The notes below the pieces were generated by a model. That model was not told the DNA's origin and did no database searches. It saw nothing but the letters and a program-made list of their open reading frames with translations. From an uncultured virus (IMG/VR IMGVR_UViG_3300023199_000154) (Duplodnaviria > Heunggongvirae > Uroviricota > Caudoviricetes), in the IMG/VR virus record IMGVR_UViG_3300023199_000154: 20,000 bases of DNA; one strand, written 5' to 3'. The position numbers were made by a program, and so were the translations under genes. Shown here piece by piece: positions 7,605 to 16,307 of the stretch. Every line of letters starts with the position of its first letter. Positions within the stretch are counted from its first letter, which is position 1.

Positions 7605-8288
7605 TCACAGCCGGCTTCGGCTCTGCCACAACTGGTAGCCGACGAACCCCGCTCCTCCGAGGGCTACGAGGGCGCCAAAACCGAAAGAGCTCGGGCCCGC
7701 TACTCGCCCATCGAGCTCGAGCGTGACGTGGTTGGCTGCCCACCCTGCGCTGCCCGGGGTCGCGATGAACCAGTTGCCCGACTTGCGCACGACCTTCGCT
7801 CCAGGGGTGCGCTCGACGAAGGCCTTGGACACCGCGGGGTCGGCGAAATCGACCGATCTCGGCACCGGGTTGGAGACGCGCGCCTTTGCCCAGGCGAGAG
7901 CGACCTTAGCATTCGATGCGTTCGCGCCCCCGTGGCCTGCGAGTATGCGGTCGAGTGGCGCGTTCTGGGCGAAGTTGCGTCGCTCGAGACGATGCTCGCT
8001 GCAGGGTCCTCTACCACAGAAGCCACCGCGCCGAGCGGGGCACATCCCCGAGCCACAGCAGCAGGCACCGAACTTGAGCCACAGCGGATTGACCGGCTGG
8101 CTGTGTGTTTGGATGATGCGTGCGAGCGACTGGCCGCCCCCGAGCAACGCCCACCGCTGCGCCCAGGTCCACAGGGCCGCTGCGGGGTTGCCGCCCTCGT
8201 AGGCAGCCGCTCGGATGGCCATTGCCACGTCCCTGTCAGTCAGACGGCGCTCGGGGACGCCCTGGATGCGGATGGTTGCCCAGGTCAT
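7605..8288 (-). CDS. Divergent SleB/Hydrolase_2-like cell-wall hydrolase with C-terminal membrane anchor
   Basis: AIRAAAYEGG (putative catalytic Glu), AAALWTWAQRW, SLARIIQTHSQP, NPVPRSVDFAD and GNWF follow the SleB motif order. C-terminal FGFGALVALGGAGFVGYQLW; ATGA overlap with the upstream gene. Confidence 0.55.
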   Translation of the reverse strand: MTWATIRIQGVPERRLTDRDVAMAIRAAAYEGGNPAAALWTWAQRWALLGGGQSLARIIQTHSQPVNPLWLKFGACCCGSGMCPARRGGFCGRGPCSEHRLERRNFAQNAPLDRILAGHGGANASNAKVALAWAKARVSNPVPRSVDFADPAVSKAFVERTPGAKVVRKSGNWFIATPGSAGWAANHVTLELDGRVAGPSSFGFGALVALGGAGFVGYQLWQSRSRL

Positions 8289-9103
8289 TCGATTTCCCGA
8301 ATGAACGTGATCGCGTCTTCGAGTCGTGGACTGGCCGCTTCGGGTTCGGGCTTGCCTGGGAAGGTGATCCACCATTCCCCCTCGAGCTTGCGAACCTCGA
8401 AGATGCCGCGTTCGGTTACGACGTCGACTCGCCCCGTCTTCGCGCGATGGATCTTGACAGGGTTGAGCGCGAGCTCGTCCACCCTACCGAATGCGGGCGC
8501 AACGCGGTGGAGAAGGGCCAGCCCGAGGATGGCACCGCCTATCCACAACGCGGCCTTCCCAGTCTGGGGCGGGAGCAAGCGTGGCACGAGTCGCGCAGCC
8601 CACTGATCGTATCCTTCCCGTGAGAAGTGGATTCGGTCGCGCCGAAGCAGATGCTTGCTCGTGAGAGGGCGCGAATCGACCCACTTCATTCCGAGCGCGG
8701 GCACGATGGTCTTCTGGTACTGGCTGATTGCGTCGTGGTCGGTGCGTTCTGGGGCATCGGCCACGGCCGGTCCGACCCAGATCACGTCTCTTGGGCCCGA
8801 GATGATGCCCGAATCAATGAGCTGGTCGAGCGCGGCCGCGATATCTTCGGCGTGATCGGCTCGGCTCGGAAGGGGAGGTACGCCGTCGTTGCCCCCCAAC
8901 TCGACAACCACGCGATGACGTACTCCCCGGAGTCGGCGAAGGTCGCCGGATCGAACCCAGCGAGGGACCGACCACCCTCGTCTCGCGTCGACCTTCGTGA
9001 CACGGTGGCCCCGTTGCTCAAGCGCGCGCTTGAGGCGCGGGCCGAGGGCCTCCATGTGGCTGTTGCCGATCAGGATGTAGGGAAGGGGGTCTCGTTCGGC
9101 CAT
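8285..9103 (-). CDS. SGNH/GDSL hydrolase with TM helix and small C-terminal domain
   Basis: Blocks IGNSH, ARRG, ELGGND and DRIHFSREGY; TM segment AALWIGGAILGLALL. Confidence 0.85.
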   Translation of the reverse strand: MAERDPLPYILIGNSHMEALGPRLKRALEQRGHRVTKVDARRGWSVPRWVRSGDLRRLRGVRHRVVVELGGNDGVPPLPSRADHAEDIAAALDQLIDSGIISGPRDVIWVGPAVADAPERTDHDAISQYQKTIVPALGMKWVDSRPLTSKHLLRRDRIHFSREGYDQWAARLVPRLLPPQTGKAALWIGGAILGLALLHRVAPAFGRVDELALNPVKIHRAKTGRVDVVTERGIFEVRKLEGEWWITFPGKPEPEAASPRLEDAITFIREIE

Positions 9104-9330
9104 GGCGGGTCCTCGTCCCACAGAGCACGATAGGCCCTGGCAAACGTGGAACGCAACCGAGGGCCGTCCTGCTCGGCCTCTTCTCGGGTCAGGCGCCATG
9201 AGCCGCAGAGCTTGAGCATGCCCACGTCCAGATCGACCGCGTATGCGGTCAGTGAGTATCGGTACCGCTGTGTGGACGGGCCGAGGTGCTCGTGGAGGAT
9301 GGAGATCCAGGCTTGTACCGGCGGTCCCAA
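9070..9330 (-). CDS. Hypothetical protein (about 86 aa, TTG start uncertain)
   Basis: Open frame filling the gap between the amidase and SGNH genes. Confidence 0.4.
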   Translation of the reverse strand: MGPPVQAWISILHEHLGPSTQRYRYSLTAYAVDLDVGMLKLCGSWRLTREEAEQDGPRLRSTFARAYRALWDEDPPWPNETPFPTS

Positions 9331-9337
9331 TACGGGC

Positions 9338-10078
9338 TCACTCGACCTCGAGGATGACGGGCTCGACCACGCCGTCGTCCACGAGGGATTCGAGGATTTG
9401 GATCCCCGGGCAGTACTTCTTCGAGGCGTGGTAGTGGCCGAGCACGCCTTCAAACGACTCGTTGAACTCGCCAGGGATCGTCTCGCGCAGAACCACCCCG
9501 CTCACCGGGGTGCCCTGCTCGACGATCTCCGGGTCACCCGGAATGTGCGGGTCGATGTCGAAGATTTCGAGCAGCGCCTCGGTGAGCACCGAGGCCGAGT
9601 CGAGCTGGTCGGCAGTGAATCCGCACATCGCAATTTCTCGACCCTTGAGCCTGTCTCGGAAGACCGCTCGTGGGTACTTCTTCCGGAGGCGTTCGCTCGA
9701 GCCGTTGGGCCATCCGCGGTTCTGGTTTTCGATTCCGATGGAGTGCGTGTTGAGCGCGGAGGCGTGTGCGCAGATGAGCTCGACGGGATCGCAGTATTGG
9801 AACACCACGCCGTCGTATCGGTTGAAGAAGTGGATGCCGAGCTTGCGCCGAACGAGCGTGTTGAAGACGGCGCGTTCGGTTCCCTCACCGCCAGTCCAGT
9901 GGTGGACGATCTGGAAGATCTCCTCGTTGCGCCGGGGTCGGTTGTAGCTCTTGTATCGTTGACCGGCTCGACTGATCGACCAGGGAGTGAATCTCATCCC
10001 GTGGTCATGCCAGTTGCGGATGGTGAGGCCCTCGACATCGAACTCCTCACCGCCCGCAATGAGCCGATCTCCGCGCAT
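9338..10078 (-). CDS. N-acetylmuramoyl-L-alanine amidase (Amidase_2; endolysin-like)
   Basis: IVHHWTGG, GIHFF..DG.VFQ, AHASALNTHSIGIE, FT..QL, GHYH...KYCPG (His/His/Cys Zn ligands); TGATG overlap. Confidence 0.9.
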   Translation of the reverse strand: MRGDRLIAGGEEFDVEGLTIRNWHDHGMRFTPWSISRAGQRYKSYNRPRRNEEIFQIVHHWTGGEGTERAVFNTLVRRKLGIHFFNRYDGVVFQYCDPVELICAHASALNTHSIGIENQNRGWPNGSSERLRKKYPRAVFRDRLKGREIAMCGFTADQLDSASVLTEALLEIFDIDPHIPGDPEIVEQGTPVSGVVLRETIPGEFNESFEGVLGHYHASKKYCPGIQILESLVDDGVVEPVILEVE

Positions 10079-10416
10079 CAGGCGCCGTCGCGGACGAAGG
10101 TTGCCGTGACGAAGATCTCGTCGATCTGCCCGGTGGGGTGCGCGACGAGAATCGTGTTGCCCTCGCCGGTCACGGGGAGGTCGGGGAACTCCACCGTGGT
10201 GTCTGCCGCAAGGCTGTGCTGAATGACGTGGGCGCCTCCCGCGATCGTGATGTTCACGACCAGCGCGCCAGCGGTGACGTTGCTCAGGACGAGGCGCACC
10301 ATGTCGGTGAAGCCGTCTTCGTCCACCGTGTGGACGACGGCTCCTGCGCCGTCTCCGGTGTCGAGGGGAGCGCCGCCGTTGGCGGCGAGGCCGGTACAGA
10401 TCTGTCGATGGCTCAT
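10078..10416 (-). CDS. Small beta-rich protein, possible virion component
   Basis: AGGAGG RBS; alternating hydrophobic strands (VRLVLSNVT, LVVNITI, IFVTATFVR). Confidence 0.7.
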   Translation of the reverse strand: MSHRQICTGLAANGGAPLDTGDGAGAVVHTVDEDGFTDMVRLVLSNVTAGALVVNITIAGGAHVIQHSLAADTTVEFPDLPVTGEGNTILVAHPTGQIDEIFVTATFVRDGA

Positions 10417-10445
10417 TGTTGGATTCCTCCTGGAATGAAAAGTAC

Positions 10446-11051
10446 CTACGTGCTCTGGCCCCCGTCAATCACCCGGGGCATCCAGACCCTCCCCACGTAG
10501 TCTTGACGGAACAGCGCGGAGGGCGGGATGAGCTGCTCTACCTTCTCGGCCTGGCTCCCCCAGAGCGCAATCATGTGAGCCTCGACATCGCCGCCATCTT
10601 CACGGACCTTGATGTGCATCGCCTCGCAGATGGACTCTCCGCGTTGACGAAGTTTCTTCCCTCCGAGGCGGGCGTTCTTCTTCCCGAATACGAGCTCGCG
10701 CCACTCGTGAAGCTCGATGCCCACCCAGCCGGGGATGGTGGCGATGTCAAGCTGCTCGAGCCACCCACCCACTCGGTAAGCCATCTCGAGCTGGACGCGG
10801 CGCGGAAGCCACGGGTCGGGCAGCTCGAGCACTGGTACCAGGCACCGATGGTGCCTGTCGGCGATGTGTTGGGCCGACTGGACCACAACCTCACGGGAGC
10901 GAGCGTTCTTGGTGACGCCGCTCATCTCGCGCTTGCCGTCGCGCCACAACGCCCACCCGTGACGTCGCATCTCGGCGGCGAGTACGACGACGCGGTTGGG
11001 CTTGAATCGCGGAAGGGCGAGGAGCTTACGGACGTTCTTGCGGACCTTCAT
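10446..11051 (-). CDS. RuvC-like (RNase H fold) protein with atypical acidic residues
   Basis: VVLAAEMRRHGWALW ~ ILGIDPG..GWA; PVLE; EWRELVFGKK; DVEAHMIALWG ~ DALAIA. Confidence 0.6.
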   Translation of the reverse strand: MKVRKNVRKLLALPRFKPNRVVVLAAEMRRHGWALWRDGKREMSGVTKNARSREVVVQSAQHIADRHHRCLVPVLELPDPWLPRRVQLEMAYRVGGWLEQLDIATIPGWVGIELHEWRELVFGKKNARLGGKKLRQRGESICEAMHIKVREDGGDVEAHMIALWGSQAEKVEQLIPPSALFRQDYVGRVWMPRVIDGGQST

Positions 11052-11295
11052 CCGTCTGCCCCACGACGGTGATCTTCCCCTCGAGCTCTCGTGCGCACTG
11101 ATCGGCGCATGCTTGGCCCGTGCAGATACGGATCCAGGCGCTCTTCATGGGAACGTCCACGTACTGCGCGAGGATGGGTCGGAAGCAGACCCAGCACACC
11201 TCGACGCCACCCTTCTGGGCTACCGCTACGAGGGCCCCTCCTGCGGCGGGGGAGTTGCGCAGGACGACCGAATCTCCGAGTTCTTCTTGGCTCAT
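11026..11295 (-). CDS. Small putative Zn-binding protein (CWVC...CTGQAC)
   Basis: GGAGG RBS; Cys pattern similar to that of 2492-2806. Confidence 0.65.
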   Translation of the reverse strand: MSQEELGDSVVLRNSPAAGGALVAVAQKGGVEVCWVCFRPILAQYVDVPMKSAWIRICTGQACADQCARELEGKITVVGQTDEGPQERP

Positions 11296-11375
11296 GGGCT
11301 GATTCCCTCCGCGGGGCAGGGTAATGCGCTCCTGGTTGCCATGTCCAGCCTTGCCGCGGTAGCGTGGAAATTGCT

Positions 11376-12353
11376 ATGGCCGAAGGACAAAGCCCTCGCA
11401 AGCCCCTCGGAAGCGTTCGGGACGGGTTCCCGGACGAGGGGGGGTCCATAAAAATCGGATCGAGGGCAAGGGTGGGCGGTGCGCTGCCCACAGCCGTGGA
11501 TGAAGGAGATCGCGTCCCGCTCCTGGTGGACGAGTTCGGTCGCCTCATCGTGTCGGGCGGTGCCGCTGGCGTGCAGGTGGAGGGCCTCACTCCGCACGAT
11601 GATCCCGACCCCGGAACGGAGAATCCGGTCTACGTCGGCGGCTTCGCCACGAACACCCCGAGCGGCCATGCGGTGAGCGGCGATGGGGACCGTGCGGGCT
11701 TGGTCACCGACCGGCAGTCCCGTGTGCGAGCGCGGCTCAGTGGCCAGGCTGCCGATTCCAAGGCTCACCTCGATGTGCCGCTCGACGATTACGGCGCGCT
11801 CATGGTGGGCGGCGCCACCGCACACGGATCAGCGCTCGAGGCGACCAACTACCCGCTCAAGCTCGGGGCGGTGGCCGAGGACGAGGCGCCGGCGGCTGTC
11901 GACGACGGCGACATGGTGCGCCTGTTCGCCGATCTCGTCGGCCGCCTGCAGATAAACCACCCGCTCGGCATCGCGGGCGAGAACCTGGTGCAGGACTGGC
12001 TCCGCACTGTGCAGGCGCCTGCGGCGGTCGAGCAGGATTCGATCCTGTTTCAGACCGTAATCGCCACCGCCAACAACATCGTCGCCAAGGCGTCGGCCGG
12101 TCGCATCTACTCGGCGTGGGCCTACAACGCCACCGGAGCCGTCGCCTACCTTCAGGTCCGCAACGGCACCGCGACTGGTGTGCCCACGCACGCCGTGCTG
12201 GCCATCCCGAATGGCGAAAGCGGAAGCATCGTCCTCGACGGCGAACGTGGCAAGTACCACGACACCGGTATCGTGGTGCAGCTCAGCTCGACGCCCAACA
12301 CCTTCACCGGGGTGACCGCAGCCGACTGTCACCTGAGCGTGGGGTACTTCTGA
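11376..12353 (+). CDS. Putative virion fibre/spike protein with three internal repeats and C-terminal beta-sandwich
   Basis: Repeats PTAVDEGDRVPLLVDEFGRLIV / HAVSGDGDRAGLVTDRQSRVRA / PAAVDDGDMVRLFADLVGRLQI. C-terminal KASAGRIYSAWAYN..YLQVRN..P....IP....HDTGIVV. Alternative GTG start at 11364. Confidence 0.7.
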   Translation: MAEGQSPRKPLGSVRDGFPDEGGSIKIGSRARVGGALPTAVDEGDRVPLLVDEFGRLIVSGGAAGVQVEGLTPHDDPDPGTENPVYVGGFATNTPSGHAVSGDGDRAGLVTDRQSRVRARLSGQAADSKAHLDVPLDDYGALMVGGATAHGSALEATNYPLKLGAVAEDEAPAAVDDGDMVRLFADLVGRLQINHPLGIAGENLVQDWLRTVQAPAAVEQDSILFQTVIATANNIVAKASAGRIYSAWAYNATGAVAYLQVRNGTATGVPTHAVLAIPNGESGSIVLDGERGKYHDTGIVVQLSSTPNTFTGVTAADCHLSVGYF

Positions 12354-12694
12354 TGGCTGACTACCAGGCGCGTATCAACATCGACTGGGGTGCGGCGACG
12401 CGCATCAACAAGTACGTCGTTCGTATTGCGTACCGCATCCGCGTCTTCGACGTAGAGCCTGCGACGCCAGTACTGCACATCGACGTGACGCGCACCAACG
12501 ACTTTCACGTTCGCAGCTTCTCCGATCTACAGAGTCAGATCGAAGCCAAGACGGTGGATGAGTGGATGGACTTCATCAAGAAGGACCCCGCCAACCCGGC
12601 GGAGTGGCCCATTCCCGCCGACTTGCCGACGCAGTTCGACATGAACCTGCCCGAGCCACCGCCCGAAGACGACCCGTTGGCGGTGGGTGACTGA
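12353..12694 (+). CDS. Hypothetical protein in virion module
   Basis: TGATG coupling to the upstream gene; codons mostly end in G/C. Confidence 0.75.
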   Translation: MADYQARINIDWGAATRINKYVVRIAYRIRVFDVEPATPVLHIDVTRTNDFHVRSFSDLQSQIEAKTVDEWMDFIKKDPANPAEWPIPADLPTQFDMNLPEPPPEDDPLAVGD

Positions 12695-13484
12695 TTCAAA
12701 AATGGTACGTCTCGGACAGAAGGGTTTTGGCGGCGCCGGTGCAGGCCTCGGTGTTGCTGGATTCGGTGGGGTGTCCCTGATCTCACAGCTCCTCAACGAG
12801 ACGGTCCTCGACCTGGACGCCGACAAGGACGTCACGACGGTCGGCGGGAAGGTCAGCTCGTGGGCGGATCAGTCGGGCGGCGGGCATGACGCGACGCAGG
12901 GCACGGACGCCAACCGGCCGACGTACACAGCGAGCAACGCCAACTACGGCCATGCTGCGACGGTTGACTTCGACGGGACGCAATACCTGCTGATCTCCGA
13001 TCATGCGGACCTGCGAGCCAAGGACGGGTTTCAGATCTGGGTGGTCGGCAACGGCAACTTCTCCGCGAACGCCAAGAAGTTCATCTCGAAGTCCATCGGC
13101 ACGCTGGAGCCAAGCGCGGATTGGCAGATCGGCGACGGCGCGGGGGTCACGTACGGGTTTCGGGTTCGGGGCACGAGCGCCAACTACGCGGCGGTCTCAA
13201 GCGATTACGGCGGCAACAACCCGACCCTTCACAGGGGCCGTTTCCGCGACGGGGAGTGCCGGTTCCGGGTGTCTAGTGCTGCGGAGCTGGTCGACACGTC
13301 GCAGACGGGAGTCACGACCGGGACCGACGACATCGGCATCGGCATGAACCCCAACGGCGACTCTGCGAACACGGGCCTGATCGGGTCGATCGCCCGGATC
13401 CTGTTCATTCGACGCTGGCTCACCGACACGGAGAACGCCGCGATGGATGCGTACCTCACGGCTCGCTACGGGGTGGCGGCATGA
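12687..13484 (+). CDS. LamG/ConA-like phage adsorption protein
   Basis: LDAD..T..GKVSSWADQSG..HDATQ...NRPTY, VDFDG..YL and GSIARILF..R.LTD.E...YLTARYG are typical of this phage family. Gly-rich N-terminus; alternative ATG at 12702. Confidence 0.8.
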   Translation: MTDSKMVRLGQKGFGGAGAGLGVAGFGGVSLISQLLNETVLDLDADKDVTTVGGKVSSWADQSGGGHDATQGTDANRPTYTASNANYGHAATVDFDGTQYLLISDHADLRAKDGFQIWVVGNGNFSANAKKFISKSIGTLEPSADWQIGDGAGVTYGFRVRGTSANYAAVSSDYGGNNPTLHRGRFRDGECRFRVSSAAELVDTSQTGVTTGTDDIGIGMNPNGDSANTGLIGSIARILFIRRWLTDTENAAMDAYLTARYGVAA

Positions 13485-13924
13485 GATGGCTCCTCATCCC
13501 CGGCACGGACCGGCCCGCCGCGCGCCGGCTCGTCCGCCGCATCGACGAGATCCTCGGCTTCCCGCGCGAGCACGCGCCCGCCGAGTACGTGGTCCACGGC
13601 GCGACGGGGCGCGCTCTCCCGCCGCCCCGCACCGAGACGCACATGGCGATCCTGCGGCACGACGCGACGGGTGACAGCCGGCTACACGGCGCGATCGCCG
13701 TCGGCTTCACGCGCGCCGTGCTAGAGGTGCTGGCCGATCGCGTCGTGGACGTGGGCAGCGCGCGCGAACGCCTGAGGGACGTAATCGCCGCGCGTGGGTG
13801 GCAGGTGCGCGACACACTGCCCGACCCCGGCGACGAGACGCGGCAGCCATGGGCGCGGCGCCCTCCCCGCGACGGTGAGCCCGGTAGCGCGACCGGTCGC
13901 CCTATCCCGGAGGGTGAGGAGTGA
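13481..13924 (+). CDS. Hypothetical protein
   Basis: ATGA overlap; coding-like codon bias. Confidence 0.7.
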   Translation: MRWLLIPGTDRPAARRLVRRIDEILGFPREHAPAEYVVHGATGRALPPPRTETHMAILRHDATGDSRLHGAIAVGFTRAVLEVLADRVVDVGSARERLRDVIAARGWQVRDTLPDPGDETRQPWARRPPRDGEPGSATGRPIPEGEE

Positions 13925-13964
13925 TCCGCTGCATCATACCGCGCACCATTATAGAGGCCGCGAC

Positions 13965-14183
13965 ATGATCACCGAAGTGTCTCTCGTCGCATCCCTCGCC
14001 TACCTCCACGTCGTGATCGGCGTGGCGTGTGGGTGGCAGTCCGTGCGGACCTTCTACTACTTGCTGTTCCTCGCTGCGATGGTGCCTGTCGCGCTTGCTC
14101 TCGACGTCGTGCGGCTGCGCTGGCAGGCGACTCCGCGGGTGCTTGTCGAGGGGTTGCGTGTGTGGATCTGGAGGCCCCGCTGA
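13965..14183 (+). CDS. Small membrane protein (two hydrophobic segments)
   Basis: GAGG RBS; VSLVASLAYLHVVIGVACGW and YYLLFLAAMVPVALAL; TGATG coupling to the next gene. Confidence 0.6.
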   Translation: MITEVSLVASLAYLHVVIGVACGWQSVRTFYYLLFLAAMVPVALALDVVRLRWQATPRVLVEGLRVWIWRPR

Positions 14184-14896
14184 TGGGCGCTCCCCGCAGA
14201 TACCCCGGCATCGCTGCCGTCGGCGCGTTCGATCAGGGTGCTGTCACGAGCTTCGCCGCATCGGCGCCACAGCTCGCGGGATCGGACACGATGTGGCGCA
14301 TCCTCGTGTACTCGCTGCATGGTCCGGTCGTGAGCCTGGAGCGTATCCTCGCAACGGATGCCAACGTGAACAGCGGCTGGCATTTCTGGGTGCAGGGCAC
14401 GCTCGCCGAGGTGCGGGTGAACGACGGCAGCGCGGCGCAGATCGCCGCAATCGACACGGCAGGGTATCGTCGGGGGGTGCTGCTCTGGGGCATCGGCTGG
14501 GGTAGCGGCAATCTAGTCGCGGAGATCCTCGGGGTGGGCGCGGCCAGCGACAACGGTGCCGCAGGTTTCGCCGCGGGCGCGCACAACCTCACCATCGGCG
14601 ACCGCGGCGGCGGAGGGGCAGGCGTGCGCGCGTCAGGTGCGGTGCCGGCCATCCTCGGCTCCGACTCCGAGGCACTCGACGCCGCGGGTCTGCACTCTGC
14701 GCTCGTTCAGGTGGCCGCCAACCTCGCCGAGGAACGCGACTTGCGCACGGGCCTCACGCCCACCGCGGAGCGCTACTGGGATGGCGCCGACTGGCCTGGG
14801 TACGGCCCGTGGCTCGATCGCGTCGCGAGTGCGCAGCTCGACCCGACGGGGCAGCCGCAGCGCTTCGAGGCACCTGGCCGGGCGGTGGGCGTATGA
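14183..14896 (+). CDS. LamG/ConA-like paralog 1 of 5 (237 aa)
   Basis: AAVGAF, SGWHF, NLTIGDR, ANLAEER, RYWDGAD, WLDRVAS..L...GQPQRF. Confidence 0.8.
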   Translation: MGAPRRYPGIAAVGAFDQGAVTSFAASAPQLAGSDTMWRILVYSLHGPVVSLERILATDANVNSGWHFWVQGTLAEVRVNDGSAAQIAAIDTAGYRRGVLLWGIGWGSGNLVAEILGVGAASDNGAAGFAAGAHNLTIGDRGGGGAGVRASGAVPAILGSDSEALDAAGLHSALVQVAANLAEERDLRTGLTPTAERYWDGADWPGYGPWLDRVASAQLDPTGQPQRFEAPGRAVGV

Positions 14897-15588
14897 CCGC
14901 GCGCGTCGCACCCTGGGCGGCGGTCGGCGGCTTCCGCGACAGCTCGGTGTACTTCGAGGGCACGTCGAGCCAGCCGCAGTCGGTCGATCAGCATTTCAAG
15001 TGTTTTGTGATCCACGTCTTGCGTCAGATCCCTTCGGCTGTGGAGCGCATCGTTGCAATCGACGAGGCTGCGGTTCGTGGCTGGAATCTGCTTTGGAACG
15101 GAAACAGCTTCCTTTTCCGCCAGGCCGATGGCGGTGGTGGGACTGTGACCGCGACGCTTACGGTGGCTCCCCCGGCCGGCTCCACGATTGTTATCGTCGG
15201 CGCGTACAACAGCCCGGATCTCTTTGCGCTCGTTGGTGCCACTGCGGCCTCGGCTGCTGGCGCGGGCGGCGTCACGGTTGGTATCCGCAATCTCACCGTC
15301 GGCGTTCGGCCGAATGGGTACAATGATCCTGCGCAGTCGATGGCACTCGGTGCATTACTTTCCGCCGACACGGGCCTCGACGCCGCTTCGCTCGAAGCTG
15401 CACACGACAACATCACCGCCAACCTCCGCCAGGGCCGCGCCCTTGACACCGGCCTCGCCTTCGCCCTCGACCGCTACTGGGACGCGGGCGACTGGGTGCC
15501 GGGCACACCGTGGGTTGATAGGATCGCGGGGCAGGCACTCAACCTGGTGGGCTCGCCACAGCGCTTCGGCGTGGGAGGTCGGGCATGA
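14893..15588 (+). CDS. LamG/ConA-like paralog 2 of 5 (231 aa)
   Basis: RVAPWAAVGGF, RGWNL, NLTVGVR, ANLRQGR, RYWDAGD, WVDRIAGQAL..GSPQRF. Confidence 0.82.
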   Translation: MTARVAPWAAVGGFRDSSVYFEGTSSQPQSVDQHFKCFVIHVLRQIPSAVERIVAIDEAAVRGWNLLWNGNSFLFRQADGGGGTVTATLTVAPPAGSTIVIVGAYNSPDLFALVGATAASAAGAGGVTVGIRNLTVGVRPNGYNDPAQSMALGALLSADTGLDAASLEAAHDNITANLRQGRALDTGLAFALDRYWDAGDWVPGTPWVDRIAGQALNLVGSPQRFGVGGRA

Positions 15589-16307
15589 GCATCGAGCGCG
15601 TCGCATCCCACGTCGGCGTCGGCAGCTTCCGCGCCTCGCTCAACTACTTCGCGGGGGCGGTCTCCGATCCGCAGCCGACGAGCGCGTGCGTGTTCGGCTG
15701 CCTCGTGCGTACGGAACGTCCGCCCGTCTTGCCGTCGGACCAGTATTTTTGGACCAACACGCAGTCCGACGTGCTCGGCTTCTCGTTCTCCTACAGCGCG
15801 GGCGGTACGTTGCGCGTCATCCTCGCCGACAATGCGGGAGTGACACTTCTGCGCTTAGTCACCGCGGTGCCGCCTGTGGGCGTCGTGGTACCACTCCTGT
15901 TCTCCTACGATGGCACCACGCTGCGGACGCGGATGAACGGCGTCGCCGACAGCGTCGCGAGCGCCAACCCCGGCACCCCGAAGGCCGGCAACCGCAACAC
16001 GACCATCGGCGTCAGGGCGAACGTCAACAACCAGCCGGCGCAGGCTTTCAGCGTCCTGTCTGCCTTCGCGGCGACCGCGGTGGGAGCCGATGCGGCGACG
16101 CTGCTCGCGGTTGAGCAGGCGATGGTAGCGAACCTCGAACAGGACCGTGCGCTCAACTCGGGACTTCCCGTGGCGCTCAGCCGGCTGTGGGACGCCGCCG
16201 ACATCGACTGGATCGCCGGCACCTGGACTGACCGCGTCGCAGCGCAGGTGCTCACGATGACGGGCGCGCTTCAGCGCTACGGCGGTGCAGCGAGGGTGCT
16301 GCCGTGA
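15585..16307 (+). CDS. LamG/ConA-like paralog 3 of 5 (240 aa)
   Basis: RVASHVGVGSF, SYDGTTLRTRMNG, NTTIGVR, ANLEQDR, RLWDAAD, WTDRVAAQVL. Confidence 0.82.
   Translation: MSIERVASHVGVGSFRASLNYFAGAVSDPQPTSACVFGCLVRTERPPVLPSDQYFWTNTQSDVLGFSFSYSAGGTLRVILADNAGVTLLRLVTAVPPVGVVVPLLFSYDGTTLRTRMNGVADSVASANPGTPKAGNRNTTIGVRANVNNQPAQAFSVLSAFAATAVGADAATLLAVEQAMVANLEQDRALNSGLPVALSRLWDAADIDWIAGTWTDRVAAQVLTMTGALQRYGGAARVLP

Noticed and set aside
10079..10468. N-terminal extension of the amidase in the ORF track (also extended starts at 2824, 6030, 8375, 9199, 12116, 14027, 14809, 16948)
   Set aside because: These extensions overlap neighbouring genes or promoter regions; internal starts with RBS, stop-start coupling or leaderless spacing fit better.
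10446..11051. TnpB/Cas12-like RNA-guided nuclease
   Set aside because: Only 201 aa, with no zinc ribbon or split-RuvC architecture, and no array or IS ends nearby.
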